Source of the DNA: Geomonas sp.
GTDB taxonomy: Bacteria; Desulfobacterota; Desulfuromonadia; Geobacterales; Geobacteraceae
Length of the DNA stretch: 64,000 bases
Assembly: GCA_035255025.1 (NCBI GenBank)
Contig: DATFAB010000073.1
Coordinates: forward strand, 18,186 to 82,185
Reading direction: 5' to 3'
Shown here: positions 1 to 8,984 of the stretch, in pieces
How positions within the stretch are numbered: position 1 is the stretch's first letter
Layout of the letters: every line of letters begins with the position of its first letter
Position numbers and translations under genes: made by a program
Notes under the pieces: generated by a model
Told to the model about the DNA's origin: nothing
The model's input: only the letters and a program-made list of their open reading frames with translations
The model's database searches: none

Positions 1-40
1 TGGTGTGTCCTCCGTTTTCAGGTGGTGGCAGGAGTGACCC

Positions 41-421
41 TCACGTTCTTTTGAAGCACCGCCGGTACTTCAGCGTGAGCAGGAGCAGCGTCACCGTCGG
101 ATAGATCATACTGGGGATGTACATGGCGAAGTGACCGAAACCGCGCACGGCGTTGAACACCACGGTATTTCCCAGGCAGAAAATGCTGCAGGCAATGCCG
201 GTGAGAAAACCTCCGAAGTAGCTCAGGCGGAGAAAGCCCACGCCTGAAATCAGCAGGAGCGAGCCGGTAATTGCCGGGGACAGGATGGCGTAGGCCAGCG
301 CTCCCCCGCTTTGCTGCCGCAGCGAAGGAGAGAATAGGGCGAAAAAGAGGCTGGCCAGGATGAGGGCTGCGAAGAAGAAGTTGATGCCGGCAAGGATTTT
401 AAGGCCGAGTGGTGCTTTCAC
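41..421 (-). CDS. Hypothetical membrane protein (about 4 TM helices)
   Basis: 126-aa ORF with GTG start, made mostly of hydrophobic segments; GGAG upstream. Confidence 0.7.
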   Translation of the reverse strand: MKAPLGLKILAGINFFFAALILASLFFALFSPSLRQQSGGALAYAILSPAITGSLLLISGVGFLRLSYFGGFLTGIACSIFCLGNTVVFNAVRGFGHFAMYIPSMIYPTVTLLLLTLKYRRCFKRT

Positions 422-478
422 TTGGGATCTCCGGTTGGCAAGGCATGGACTGCCTTGATGAAACGAACGCCGGCCAGC

Positions 479-952
479 TTACTTGTCCTTCACCGGGCGA
501 GGCCCCTCACCCGGGCGGGAGTGCTTGCCGGTAAGGGTTTCCGTGCGAATGCAGACGATACCGGTGCGGGCGAATATCTCCGGTGAGACGGGAAACTGGC
601 AAGGTGCCTGGAAGCGCTCGGCCACCGCCCTGAGAACCTCGTCCTTTACTGCCGGGTCCTCAACCAGGCTGGCAATGCCGGTTCCGCATACGCTGCGGTA
701 GCGGGTCGTGGTGCCCTCGACCCTGATGTCCACGGCAGTGGAAAAACCAACGCGAGCATCGCAGTTCATCAGATCGAGCTTGCGCCCCCCGCTGGCACAG
801 TGGAAAAAGATGCAGCCGTTGTGAAAGACGTGGTTGACTGGCAAAACATAGGGGGCCCCCCCGGTGTTGAAGGCAATGTAAATTTCCCCGGCATCTCTCA
901 AGACCTGGTGCATGAATTCCACGTCGAGTACTTCACGTTCAGTTCTGCGCAT
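479..952 (-). CDS. Pyridoxamine 5'-phosphate oxidase / NimA-like flavin-nucleotide-binding protein
   Basis: MRRTERE N-terminus and PYVLPVN..IFFHCA..GRKLD..YRSV motifs typical of the family; start placed at ATG 952. Confidence 0.85.
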   Translation of the reverse strand: MRRTEREVLDVEFMHQVLRDAGEIYIAFNTGGAPYVLPVNHVFHNGCIFFHCASGGRKLDLMNCDARVGFSTAVDIRVEGTTTRYRSVCGTGIASLVEDPAVKDEVLRAVAERFQAPCQFPVSPEIFARTGIVCIRTETLTGKHSRPGEGPRPVKDK

Positions 953-1248
953 TCCCGCTTCTCCTTCGTCCAGGCTGCCGTTGGTTGTCAGTCGGGCAGA
1001 CTCCGGGCACAATAGCATGGCCGATTAGGACGGTTCAATTGAAATCACTGTCGGGCGTTGCAAATCGCGGGGACGACTTGGCAGACGGACGTACCTTGCT
1101 GAGCCCTGCAGGAAAGAGGGGCATCTCGGGGGAGCGGCATGGTGTTGGCGGGCGGAGAAGTGGTCGAAGGGGGGCGGGGCCTCTGAGAATGTTCCCTCAA
1201 AAACCTAGTGAAAACGCTTAGTTGAATCGTGCAAGTTGCTGTTTTATC

Positions 1249-1277
1249 TTGACTTTGCCACCCGGTTCGAGTATGGT
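1249..1277 (+). promoter_or_regulatory. Putative sigma70 promoter for the riboswitch leader
   Basis: TTGACT (1249-1254), 17 bp, TATGGT (1272-1277), about 30 nt upstream of the aptamer. Confidence 0.55.
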
Positions 1278-1308
1278 CTCCTGAAAAAAATACCGTTGCA
1301 CCAGTTTT

Positions 1309-1392
1309 GATACACGACAATACCAAACCACCCGCGAGGGTGGGGCGGAAAGCCTAAGGGTCTCACGAAGATAGCCGGGTTGCCGAAATATT
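1309..1392 (+). ncRNA. GEMM-I (c-di-GMP-I class) riboswitch, 3',3'-cGAMP-selective variant
   Basis: GATACACGACAATACCAAACCACCCGCGAGGGTGGGGCGGAAAGCCTAAGGGTCTCACGAAGATAGCCGGGTTGCCGAAATAT matches the Geobacter GEMM-I layout (P2 with GCGA tetraloop, GGAAAGCC, P3, AGCCGGGTTGCCG); ACAATA has A at the position equivalent to Vc2 G20. Confidence 0.92.
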
Positions 1393-1422
1393 CAATCGAA
1401 TTTCGGCAACCCGGCTTTTTTT
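1373..1422 (+). terminator. Intrinsic terminator forming the riboswitch expression platform
   Basis: AGCCGGGTTGCCGAAAT...ATTTCGGCAACCCGGCT followed by a T run; 5' arm overlaps the aptamer 3' strand. Confidence 0.9.
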
Positions 1423-1457
1423 ATGTCCCCATGCAATTGACGAACGGAGAACCAACC

Positions 1458-2309
1458 ATGAGTAAAAAGATCCACAACTTAGCGGTATTCATCGAGTTCA
1501 TTGCCAGTTCCGGTCTGGCTATTTTCTTCCATGTCGTTTTAAAGCATGAGGAGACCGCCTACATGATTTTTGGCATGGGCCTCCTCCTTTCACTGGCGAC
1601 CTTCCTTTTGAAAGAGGACATCGAACAAACCAGGGAAAAACTCCTCTACCAATACGATCACGCCCACGAGATTAATCTCGCCGTCGCCCGGATTCGTGAC
1701 CCGGACGGACAGACCAAGGCCCATGAGATCATAGCAGGCACCAAAAGAACGCTGGCCTTCCTGCAGCAGGGGTATGTTCCGCTTGACGAGTCCGAGTTCT
1801 ACGTGAAAGGCGCCAAGTACATGAACGAAAGCCAGCTGCGCGTCAAGGCGGTCGACCCCATCACGACCGGCTGGGAGAGCCGCGGCGTCCTCCTCAACTA
1901 CTACCAGGCCAACACGCGCGCCATCGAGCGCGGCGTTCAGATCACCCGCATTTTCGTCCTCGAACGGGAAGCCGTCAACGATCCCGAGGTACAAAAGGTC
2001 CTGCTCTTCCAGTTGCGCGACGGCATCGAGGTTCGCATCGCCTACCGCGACGAACTCCCGCCAAACAATGACCTAAGCGGCCGGGACACGGCCAGTTCCT
2101 ACGATTTCGCCATCTACGACGACCGGGTGGCGACGGAAGTGTTTTGCCAGCCCGGGAAGTACTTCGGCTGCAAGACCCGCGAGTCGTCCCTGGTGGCCAA
2201 CTACCAGCGCCTCTACGAGCTGATCGAGCACGGCTCCCACCCTTTCACCGGGAACGATGCCGATGGGGCTGGCGTTGCCGGTTTGGGCAGCGGGCTGGCG
2301 AGATCATGA
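1458..2309 (+). CDS. Uncharacterised membrane protein (2 N-terminal TM helices plus soluble alpha/beta domain), riboswitch-controlled
   Basis: GGAGA RBS before ATG 1458; two hydrophobic helices; C-terminal RAIERGVQITRIF and YDFAIYDD motifs. Confidence 0.85.
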   Translation: MSKKIHNLAVFIEFIASSGLAIFFHVVLKHEETAYMIFGMGLLLSLATFLLKEDIEQTREKLLYQYDHAHEINLAVARIRDPDGQTKAHEIIAGTKRTLAFLQQGYVPLDESEFYVKGAKYMNESQLRVKAVDPITTGWESRGVLLNYYQANTRAIERGVQITRIFVLEREAVNDPEVQKVLLFQLRDGIEVRIAYRDELPPNNDLSGRDTASSYDFAIYDDRVATEVFCQPGKYFGCKTRESSLVANYQRLYELIEHGSHPFTGNDADGAGVAGLGSGLARS

Positions 2310-2463
2310 AGCAGAGGGGGAGAGGCGTTCGAGATGCATATGCCCTGCTTGCGCCTGGACGGCGGTAGAAACTGGCGTCCCGGCGCCGTTTCTGTCAATG
2401 ATGGCAAACAAGCAGGCATGTGAAGAATTGGTGATATTTTTGTAAAAAAATATTTCCATTCAT

Positions 2464-2491
2464 TTGACTGAAAACAACAGGCTGTTAATAT
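2464..2491 (+). promoter_or_regulatory. Putative sigma70 promoter for the cytochrome gene
   Basis: TTGACT (2464-2469), 16 bp, TAATAT (2486-2491) with extended TG; AT-rich tract upstream. Confidence 0.5.
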
Positions 2492-2851
2492 TTCGGGCTG
2501 ATAGCCTGAGACGCGAGTGCAGTTGACGGGGCGACCATCGGGACCGGTGGCGAGCCGTCAGCTTGTTTCGATTTCATGCATTGCGGAATTCTTTTTTTCC
2601 GTTCCTTCCAAACCGTTTGTTATCCACGCCGGCCGGCCGGGTTACCAGTTCCTCCTCCTGGGGGGATGCAGGACCCGGCTTTTTTAGTTCCGAAAACTGT
2701 CGCCCGCCCGGCGAAACCTGCTGATTTAATGCAAATCATCCACCCGGAACCTTGCTGAGCCCCTTTCAGTAAAGTTCCGTTCCATTCACTGGAATCTTGC
2801 TGCGTCGCCTTCTGCAAAGATTCCGCTGCCTGAATTGAAAAGGAGGGTCAA

Positions 2852-5800
2852 ATGGTTAGAAAGGTGGTCACTACAGTACTATTGATCGTGATGTTTCCGG
2901 TAATCGCCAATGCGGCCGGGTGGTTCTTCAACACCTGGGTCAAAACCTCCGGAGGGACCATCAACTCCCGCAACATGGCCAATCAGGATGTGACAGCAGG
3001 TTCGATCTTCCGATCCTACACCACCCAAGCCAGCTTGCCGGTCACCGTCACCGCCAACACGGGGTACACCATCTCCAATGTCACGGTGAACGGCACGGTC
3101 TACAGTAACCCTGCCAGCCCGTACACAACCAGCGTCCAGGGGATGACCGACCAGTCGGTATTGGCCAGTTTCACCGTCCAGAGGCTCAGTGTCACCGCCA
3201 GTGCCAGTTCCGGCGGCTCGGTCTCGCCCACCAGCATCGGCAGCATCTATTACGGCTACACGCTCACCTCTCCGCTGACCTTCTCCTTCACGCCGCAAAG
3301 CGGATTCTATGTTGCCTCCATCACCGGCACCGCCGGGGCGACGGTAAGTCCGTCCGTGCCGGCTGCCACCAACACCCAGGTCCGGGTAACCTATCCGACC
3401 GGTTACCGATTCACCGGAGACGTAGCACTCTACGGTACCTTCGCCAGTGTCAATCCGATTGCGGTGGCCGGCCCCAACCAGATCGCCCTGGTCAACTACC
3501 CGGTGACCCTGACCGCCTCCTATATCGGCGGCAATGGGACGCCCCCCACCTACACCTGGAGCCAGCTGTCGGGGCCCGTGGTCGCCCTTGCCCAAAACGG
3601 CAATATCGCCACCTTCACGCCGGCCGCGGTGGGTACCTACGTCTTCCAGGTCACCCTGGATACCGGCTCCAGCGCGCAGACCACCGTCACCGTCACCAGT
3701 TCGCTGGCCGCGGCCGAACGGGCCCAGTGCCAGAACTGCCACACCGGCAACGGAATCGGCCCCCAGAACCTCTTCACCAACTGGTCGAGCTCGCAGCACG
3801 AGGCGCACCATGTCATGTGTTATGACTGCCACGTCGGTACCAACACCGCCGGCCATCCCGGCCAGCTCACCAGCCACATGGTGGACGAGCACACCTTCCT
3901 CTATACGAGCTACTACCCCTACGGCAGCGGCAGCTTCTGTCTCAACGGCACCTGCCACAATCCCGGCATCATCCACAAGACCGCCGGCATGACCTGCGAC
4001 ACCTGCCATAACGGCGGCGGTGGCGAAATCCATAATCCCAACGCGACCTTTGCCGGAAGCCTCAACGTCTGCTTCAACTGCCACGGCGGCGCGAACAGCA
4101 CCCATTACTACACAAAGGAAAGCCTCGCCAGCAACCAGTGCACCGGCTGCCATAACCAAAGCGGCCATAACCCCGCGCCGTTGCCGACCGTGCCGCTGGC
4201 GCATTTCAACGGCTACACCTCCCTGGTCAACCCCTCCTATGCGGCGGCCTACGTGACGGCACGCACCGCCTGCTCCGACTGCCACAGCGGCGGCGATCCG
4301 GCTGCGGCCGGCGATCTCGCCATCAAGCAGTACCGCTCCGACTGGGGCGCCTCGGGCCATGGCGACACCAACGCTGCCGCCTGGAAAAACTCGACCTTCG
4401 CTAACTGGAAGGCGACCGGCACGCCGGGCGCGCTTTCCGCCACCAACTCGGGCGCCAACGACTGCGTCCGCTGCCATACCACCGCCGGTTTCCGGCAGTA
4501 CCTCGACAGCGGCAGCATCCAGCCGGTGGGATCCGCCTCCGATCACAGTGCGGAGCCTTTGAGCTGCGCGGGCTGCCACAACGCCGACTTCACGGTCAGG
4601 GACCTGCCGGCGGTCACCGCCTACTATAACTACAGTTCCGGGATCACCGGCAAGCAGATCGTGAGCAGCCTCTTCCCCGACCAGAAAGAGTCGAACGTCT
4701 GCATCCCCTGCCACGCAGGGCGGGCCAACGGCGACACCATCAAGGCCATCGCCGCGAAGAGTGCCCACCAGGGGTACTCGACCAGCTTCTGGCAGAACCT
4801 TCCCTACCTGGACGGCCATCACCTGGCGGGTGCCGCCTTCGTCTTCCAGGCGGCCGGCTACCGTTTCCCGGGCCAAAGCTACGACAGCCCGGTGGGGCAC
4901 GTCTCGGTCGGCTCCTCCGGTAACGCAGGTTCCTGCGTCAGCTGCCACATGCCGGCCAGCACCCACAGCTACCAGGCCACCGCCAGCGCCTTCTGCAACA
5001 ACTGCCACACAAGCGGCAACCTGGGCAACAGCCTGCCGGTCCTTAAGGCGAATTTCGCCAGCTCGCTCAGCTCGCTGCAGGCAGCGCTCACCCAGAAGGG
5101 GTTCCCGCCGGTGCTCGATGCCAGCGGCAAGCCTGCCTACCCGTACTTCACCACCACCAATTGGGGCGGCAGCGCCACCGCCGCCAACAACATGGGCGCC
5201 GCCCAGAACTTCATGGCGCTTACCGGCGACCCCGGCGCCTACGCGCACAACCCCACCTACGTGAAGCGGCTGATCCGCGATTCGCTCGACTGGCTGCTGA
5301 ACGGCTCCGTCGACAGAAGCCGCGATCTGACGGAAGCCATCGGCGCGCTGCCCGTTTCCAGCGAGGTGAAAAACGCCACCGCCGCCTTTTTAACCGATGC
5401 CGGCAACGGTTCGGCGGCCTGCATCGATTGCCACGCGGGCTCGGTGGATCTGGCCGGCAACAACATCGTCACCGCCTATAACGCGAGCAAGCACGCCACC
5501 GCCGCCGGCGGCGCCAGCTGCGGGAGCTGTCATGCGCCCGGAGCCCAGCTTGCCCATCCCTCCGCGACCATGCTCACCTCGACCGCGGAGGTCTCGGCCA
5601 AATGCGCCGGCTGCCACCCGCTGCACACCTGGGCCAGCCAGGGGATCTGCACGAACTGCCACAACGGCCACAACCCCAAGGCGGTCGCCATGCCGTATCC
5701 GCATTTCACGAGCTACACGACCGCTGCCTACCTCTCCACCAATTACAGCTGCGCCAACTGCCACAACGCGACCGATGAAAACGGCGTCACCACCTTCAAC

Positions 5801-7084
5801 ATCTACTCGGCCAACAAGCAGTGGGCGAGAAGCGGCAAGGCCAGCCCGACTTCGGCCTCCTACGTCGCCTACGACTTCAAGGCGCTCGGCAGCAAGGCGC
5901 CCGCTTCCCCCGCCAACTCGGCGGCAGCCGACTGCGTGCGCTGCCATACCACCACCGGTTATGTGAACTACGTCAGCTCCAGCTTCAAGGACATCCACGC
6001 CTGGGGCATCTCCGGGGCGCTCCCCGGCGGCGACCGGACCCGCGAAATGGTCCACTGCGCCGCCTGCCACAATCCGACGCCGTTCAACTCCTTTGACAGC
6101 GTGGAGACCGACGACTTCGGCTATCCGCTGCAGCCGGCCTTCTCCAGGCGGGTGGTGCCGCAGGTGACTGCGTACTACAACTACAGTGCACAGGGCGCCC
6201 CCCGCATCCTGAAGAGCGTGCTGCTTCCGGACCAGGGCGAATCCAACAACTGCATCGTCTGCCACAGCGGCACGCGTGCCGGTTCCACCCTCAAGCTGAT
6301 CGGCAGCAAGGTGGGGAACGCCGGCAGCTACTGGAGCAACACCACCTTCATCGCGCCCCACGGCATGGCAGCGGCAGGGGTGCTCTTTGCCCAGGCCGGC
6401 TACAACTACCCGACCACCCGTTACCGCAGCTACGTGGCCCCCGTCGACTTCGTGCATCCCGGCATCGACGACCCCTACTACGGCGGCCAGGGGGCGTGCG
6501 TGGCCTGCCACCTGTACACCAACAGCCCGCACCTGTTCTCGCCGATCTCGACCGCCAGTAACGGCGCCATCACCAAGATCACCGCCTTCGAACAGGTCTG
6601 CAGCGAGTGCCATAGCGGCGGCAGCGATCCGCTCGATCTCACCGACCCGGCCAACCTGCAGGCGAAAAAAGATGCCTTCGCTTCCTCGCTCAAAGCGCTG
6701 GCGGCGGCGCTGGCCGGGAAGGGGATCTACTACAACCCGGAGCTCGCGCCGTACTTCTTCAAGGTGGGCGATCCGGCACAGCAGGGAGCGGCGACCGTCT
6801 TCAAGAACTGGAACATGCTGTACAGCCCGGCCAAGCCGACCCTTTTCACCGGCTGCGACACGATGGGAGCAGCCTTCAACCTGAGGCTTTTGTGGACCGA
6901 TGGCGGCGCCTACGCCCACAACGACTACTACGCGAAGCGGCTCATCTACGACTCGCTCGATTTCCTCGACGACAGCACCATGAACAGCACGGTGTACCTC
7001 AGCGTGCAAAACCTCCCGGTCACCGGCAGTTTCACCCAGGATGACAAGAACCGGGCGCTCTCCTACATCGGCACCCGGCCGTAG
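2852..7084 (+). CDS. Large secreted multiheme c-type cytochrome (21 CXXCH + 1 CX4CH) with N-terminal Ig-like/PKD domains
   Basis: AGGAGG RBS; signal peptide ending ANA-A; Thr/Ser/Val-rich beta region and PKD-like PIAVAGPNQ..TYTWSQLSGP..GTYVFQVT; heme motifs counted by eye; duplicated module ending GAYAHN..Y.KRLI.DSLD.L. Confidence 0.95.
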   Translation: MVRKVVTTVLLIVMFPVIANAAGWFFNTWVKTSGGTINSRNMANQDVTAGSIFRSYTTQASLPVTVTANTGYTISNVTVNGTVYSNPASPYTTSVQGMTDQSVLASFTVQRLSVTASASSGGSVSPTSIGSIYYGYTLTSPLTFSFTPQSGFYVASITGTAGATVSPSVPAATNTQVRVTYPTGYRFTGDVALYGTFASVNPIAVAGPNQIALVNYPVTLTASYIGGNGTPPTYTWSQLSGPVVALAQNGNIATFTPAAVGTYVFQVTLDTGSSAQTTVTVTSSLAAAERAQCQNCHTGNGIGPQNLFTNWSSSQHEAHHVMCYDCHVGTNTAGHPGQLTSHMVDEHTFLYTSYYPYGSGSFCLNGTCHNPGIIHKTAGMTCDTCHNGGGGEIHNPNATFAGSLNVCFNCHGGANSTHYYTKESLASNQCTGCHNQSGHNPAPLPTVPLAHFNGYTSLVNPSYAAAYVTARTACSDCHSGGDPAAAGDLAIKQYRSDWGASGHGDTNAAAWKNSTFANWKATGTPGALSATNSGANDCVRCHTTAGFRQYLDSGSIQPVGSASDHSAEPLSCAGCHNADFTVRDLPAVTAYYNYSSGITGKQIVSSLFPDQKESNVCIPCHAGRANGDTIKAIAAKSAHQGYSTSFWQNLPYLDGHHLAGAAFVFQAAGYRFPGQSYDSPVGHVSVGSSGNAGSCVSCHMPASTHSYQATASAFCNNCHTSGNLGNSLPVLKANFASSLSSLQAALTQKGFPPVLDASGKPAYPYFTTTNWGGSATAANNMGAAQNFMALTGDPGAYAHNPTYVKRLIRDSLDWLLNGSVDRSRDLTEAIGALPVSSEVKNATAAFLTDAGNGSAACIDCHAGSVDLAGNNIVTAYNASKHATAAGGASCGSCHAPGAQLAHPSATMLTSTAEVSAKCAGCHPLHTWASQGICTNCHNGHNPKAVAMPYPHFTSYTTAAYLSTNYSCANCHNATDENGVTTFNIYSANKQWARSGKASPTSASYVAYDFKALGSKAPASPANSAAADCVRCHTTTGYVNYVSSSFKDIHAWGISGALPGGDRTREMVHCAACHNPTPFNSFDSVETDDFGYPLQPAFSRRVVPQVTAYYNYSAQGAPRILKSVLLPDQGESNNCIVCHSGTRAGSTLKLIGSKVGNAGSYWSNTTFIAPHGMAAAGVLFAQAGYNYPTTRYRSYVAPVDFVHPGIDDPYYGGQGACVACHLYTNSPHLFSPISTASNGAITKITAFEQVCSECHSGGSDPLDLTDPANLQAKKDAFASSLKALAAALAGKGIYYNPELAPYFFKVGDPAQQGAATVFKNWNMLYSPAKPTLFTGCDTMGAAFNLRLLWTDGGAYAHNDYYAKRLIYDSLDFLDDSTMNSTVYLSVQNLPVTGSFTQDDKNRALSYIGTRP

Positions 7085-7103
7085 AGGAACCTGAGGCAGC
7101 AAC

Positions 7104-7140
7104 AAAAAGCGCCCCGGCGGTGACGTCGGGGCGCTTTTTT
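7104..7140. terminator. Bidirectional intrinsic terminator
   Basis: AAAAAGCGCCCCGGCG-GTGA-CGTCGGGGCGCTTTTTT between convergent genes. Confidence 0.85.
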
Positions 7141-7166
7141 GCGGCGCTTAGGTCTTATGGGGGAGC

Positions 7167-8531
7167 TCAGCTCCTGTTTTTCTCCGTCCCCTCCGTTTCC
7201 GGGTGGCTGACGGTTTTCTTTTTCGAGGCGTAGCTGTAGTACTTCAGCTTGATGTTCTCCCAGACCATCAGGCGCTCGCCGACCTTGGTGATCACCCGCA
7301 CTTCGCCGTCCTGCGAGATGACGAAGCCGATGCTGCCGGGGTGCTGGAAGCAGTAGCGCATCATGGAGCGGTGCCGGGTGCCGAAATGGGTGTAGCTGGC
7401 CGGCTTCTGTTTGGCGGTGGTCGCCATCCGGTCAGTGGCCAGGTAGAGGTCGGACGGCTCTTGGGAGGTCATGATCTCGACGCCGTACCCCTGCACGTCG
7501 AGGTTTCGATCCATCACCACCAGGCCGTCGACCCGGGTGAGAATCGCCACGAACCAGATCACGCCGTCTATCTCGTTCTTGTTGGCCCGCAGCTCCTTCT
7601 CGAACTTCCTCAGCTGAAAATACTGCTGCGAGGGGATGTCCCTGTCCTTGGTCTCGCTCAGTTCCAGGAGAACGTTCTCCAGGTATTCCGACTTGATCTT
7701 GGTGACCGCGTTGGTGGTGAGCGAAGTCCGCAGCCTGCTGTAGTTGATCCTGTACTTTATGTTGAGATCGGGAGTGTCGACGGTGGGGGTGATCAGGATG
7801 GCGCCCCCCTTCTTGATCTTCTGGATGCGCAGCAGGATCCTGCAGAGAACCGACAACCACTGCTGGGTATGGAGCTCGTCCATGGAGCCGTCAGCGAAGA
7901 ACATGTCGTCGGCCAGGTGCGCACGCACGCTGTTCAGATGGGCGTCGATGCCCGGGGCGAGCAGTTGCCGGACCGGGCCCTCGCGGAAGATGTCGAGCGA
8001 GTTGCGGATCAGTTCGTTGATCCTCAGCTCGGCGACCTTTTCGAAGCGCATGTAGACTTCGATGACGCCGATTCCCTCCACGCTCGCCTGGAAAAGCCCC
8101 GGCCTGTCCGGCTTGATCTCCGCGCTGCGGTTGAGGAACTTGTGGAAGAGGTTCTGCTGGTCGACGAGCCCCCAGATCAGCAGGCTCCCCTCCTTGTCGG
8201 GCCAGGCCACGAAGGAGGTGGTGCGCAGCTCGGAGGACTTGGCGATCTTGACCAGGTTGGAAACGGTAAAGCGGATCGGTTCGGCGAAGGGAATGAAACT
8301 CCAGCGGTCTTTGCGGGCATTGCGGGGCGGCTTCACATCGGGCACCGAGGGATCCATGAAAACCATGTGGAACTTGACCGGTTCGGACTCCTCCGTCTTC
8401 AGGCTTGAATAGTAAATGGTCTCGAAAAGCTCGATGATGATCTTCTCGTCCGGGAAGGGGAGGTGGCGCTTGCGCAGTTCGGCGCAGACCGCTTCGGCCA
8501 GGTTCTTTGGACTCTTGTTCCTGGAGGTCAT
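7167..8531 (-). CDS. Diadenylate-cyclase (DisA_N/DAC)-like protein with large N-terminal putative sensor domain
   Basis: C-terminal RVDGLVVMD (DGA-like), FGTRHRS (RHR) and VISQDGEV motifs; about 300-aa N-terminal region starting ELFETIYYSSLKTEESEP; no TM helices. Confidence 0.8.
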   Translation of the reverse strand: MTSRNKSPKNLAEAVCAELRKRHLPFPDEKIIIELFETIYYSSLKTEESEPVKFHMVFMDPSVPDVKPPRNARKDRWSFIPFAEPIRFTVSNLVKIAKSSELRTTSFVAWPDKEGSLLIWGLVDQQNLFHKFLNRSAEIKPDRPGLFQASVEGIGVIEVYMRFEKVAELRINELIRNSLDIFREGPVRQLLAPGIDAHLNSVRAHLADDMFFADGSMDELHTQQWLSVLCRILLRIQKIKKGGAILITPTVDTPDLNIKYRINYSRLRTSLTTNAVTKIKSEYLENVLLELSETKDRDIPSQQYFQLRKFEKELRANKNEIDGVIWFVAILTRVDGLVVMDRNLDVQGYGVEIMTSQEPSDLYLATDRMATTAKQKPASYTHFGTRHRSMMRYCFQHPGSIGFVISQDGEVRVITKVGERLMVWENIKLKYYSYASKKKTVSHPETEGTEKNRS

Positions 8532-8540
8532 CTGGGGAGA

Positions 8541-8984
8541 TTACTCCTTGGACTCGGGATACTGGGCGAGTTCGAGCAGGATGTTGTCCGGCCCATGGAA
8601 GTAGACCAGTTTCTTGCCGGTCTTCTCCCAGGTCTGGATGCCGCTGATGAACTCGATGCCGTGCTTTTTCAGCCGTTGCACCTCCTCCTCGATATCGGTG
8701 ACGGCAAAGGCGAGGTGGCGAAAGCCGATGTGGTTTGCCACTCCCGTGGTCTGGTCGGGGTTCGAGCCTGATTCGAATCTCAAAAGTTCGATGGAGACGT
8801 TGGATCCGGGATGATGCAGGGCGACGAAGCTGCCATGGGTCACCTGGATGCCGGTGAGTTTTTTGAGGAAGACCGAATCGAGTTCCGAACTGATACCTTC
8901 GGTGAAGCCAAGGAGCATGAAGAACTCCTTCGCCTTTTCAAGATCGCTCACTACGATGTTCAGATGGTCTATGCGCGCTATCAT
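8541..8984 (-). CDS. VOC/glyoxalase family protein
   Basis: RIDHLNIVVSDLEKA..IELL..GFRHLAFAVTDI..YFHGPDNILLELAQ. Confidence 0.9.
   Translation of the reverse strand: MIARIDHLNIVVSDLEKAKEFFMLLGFTEGISSELDSVFLKKLTGIQVTHGSFVALHHPGSNVSIELLRFESGSNPDQTTGVANHIGFRHLAFAVTDIEEEVQRLKKHGIEFISGIQTWEKTGKKLVYFHGPDNILLELAQYPESKE

Noticed and set aside
1380-1457. 5' extension of the 309-aa ORF in the track
   Set aside because: Overlaps the riboswitch terminator; the RBS supports ATG 1458
2879-7105. Long minus-strand ORFs (789 aa and 571 aa) opposite the cytochrome
   Set aside because: Antisense shadows caused by GC3 bias; no motifs, and the plus strand has a clear gene
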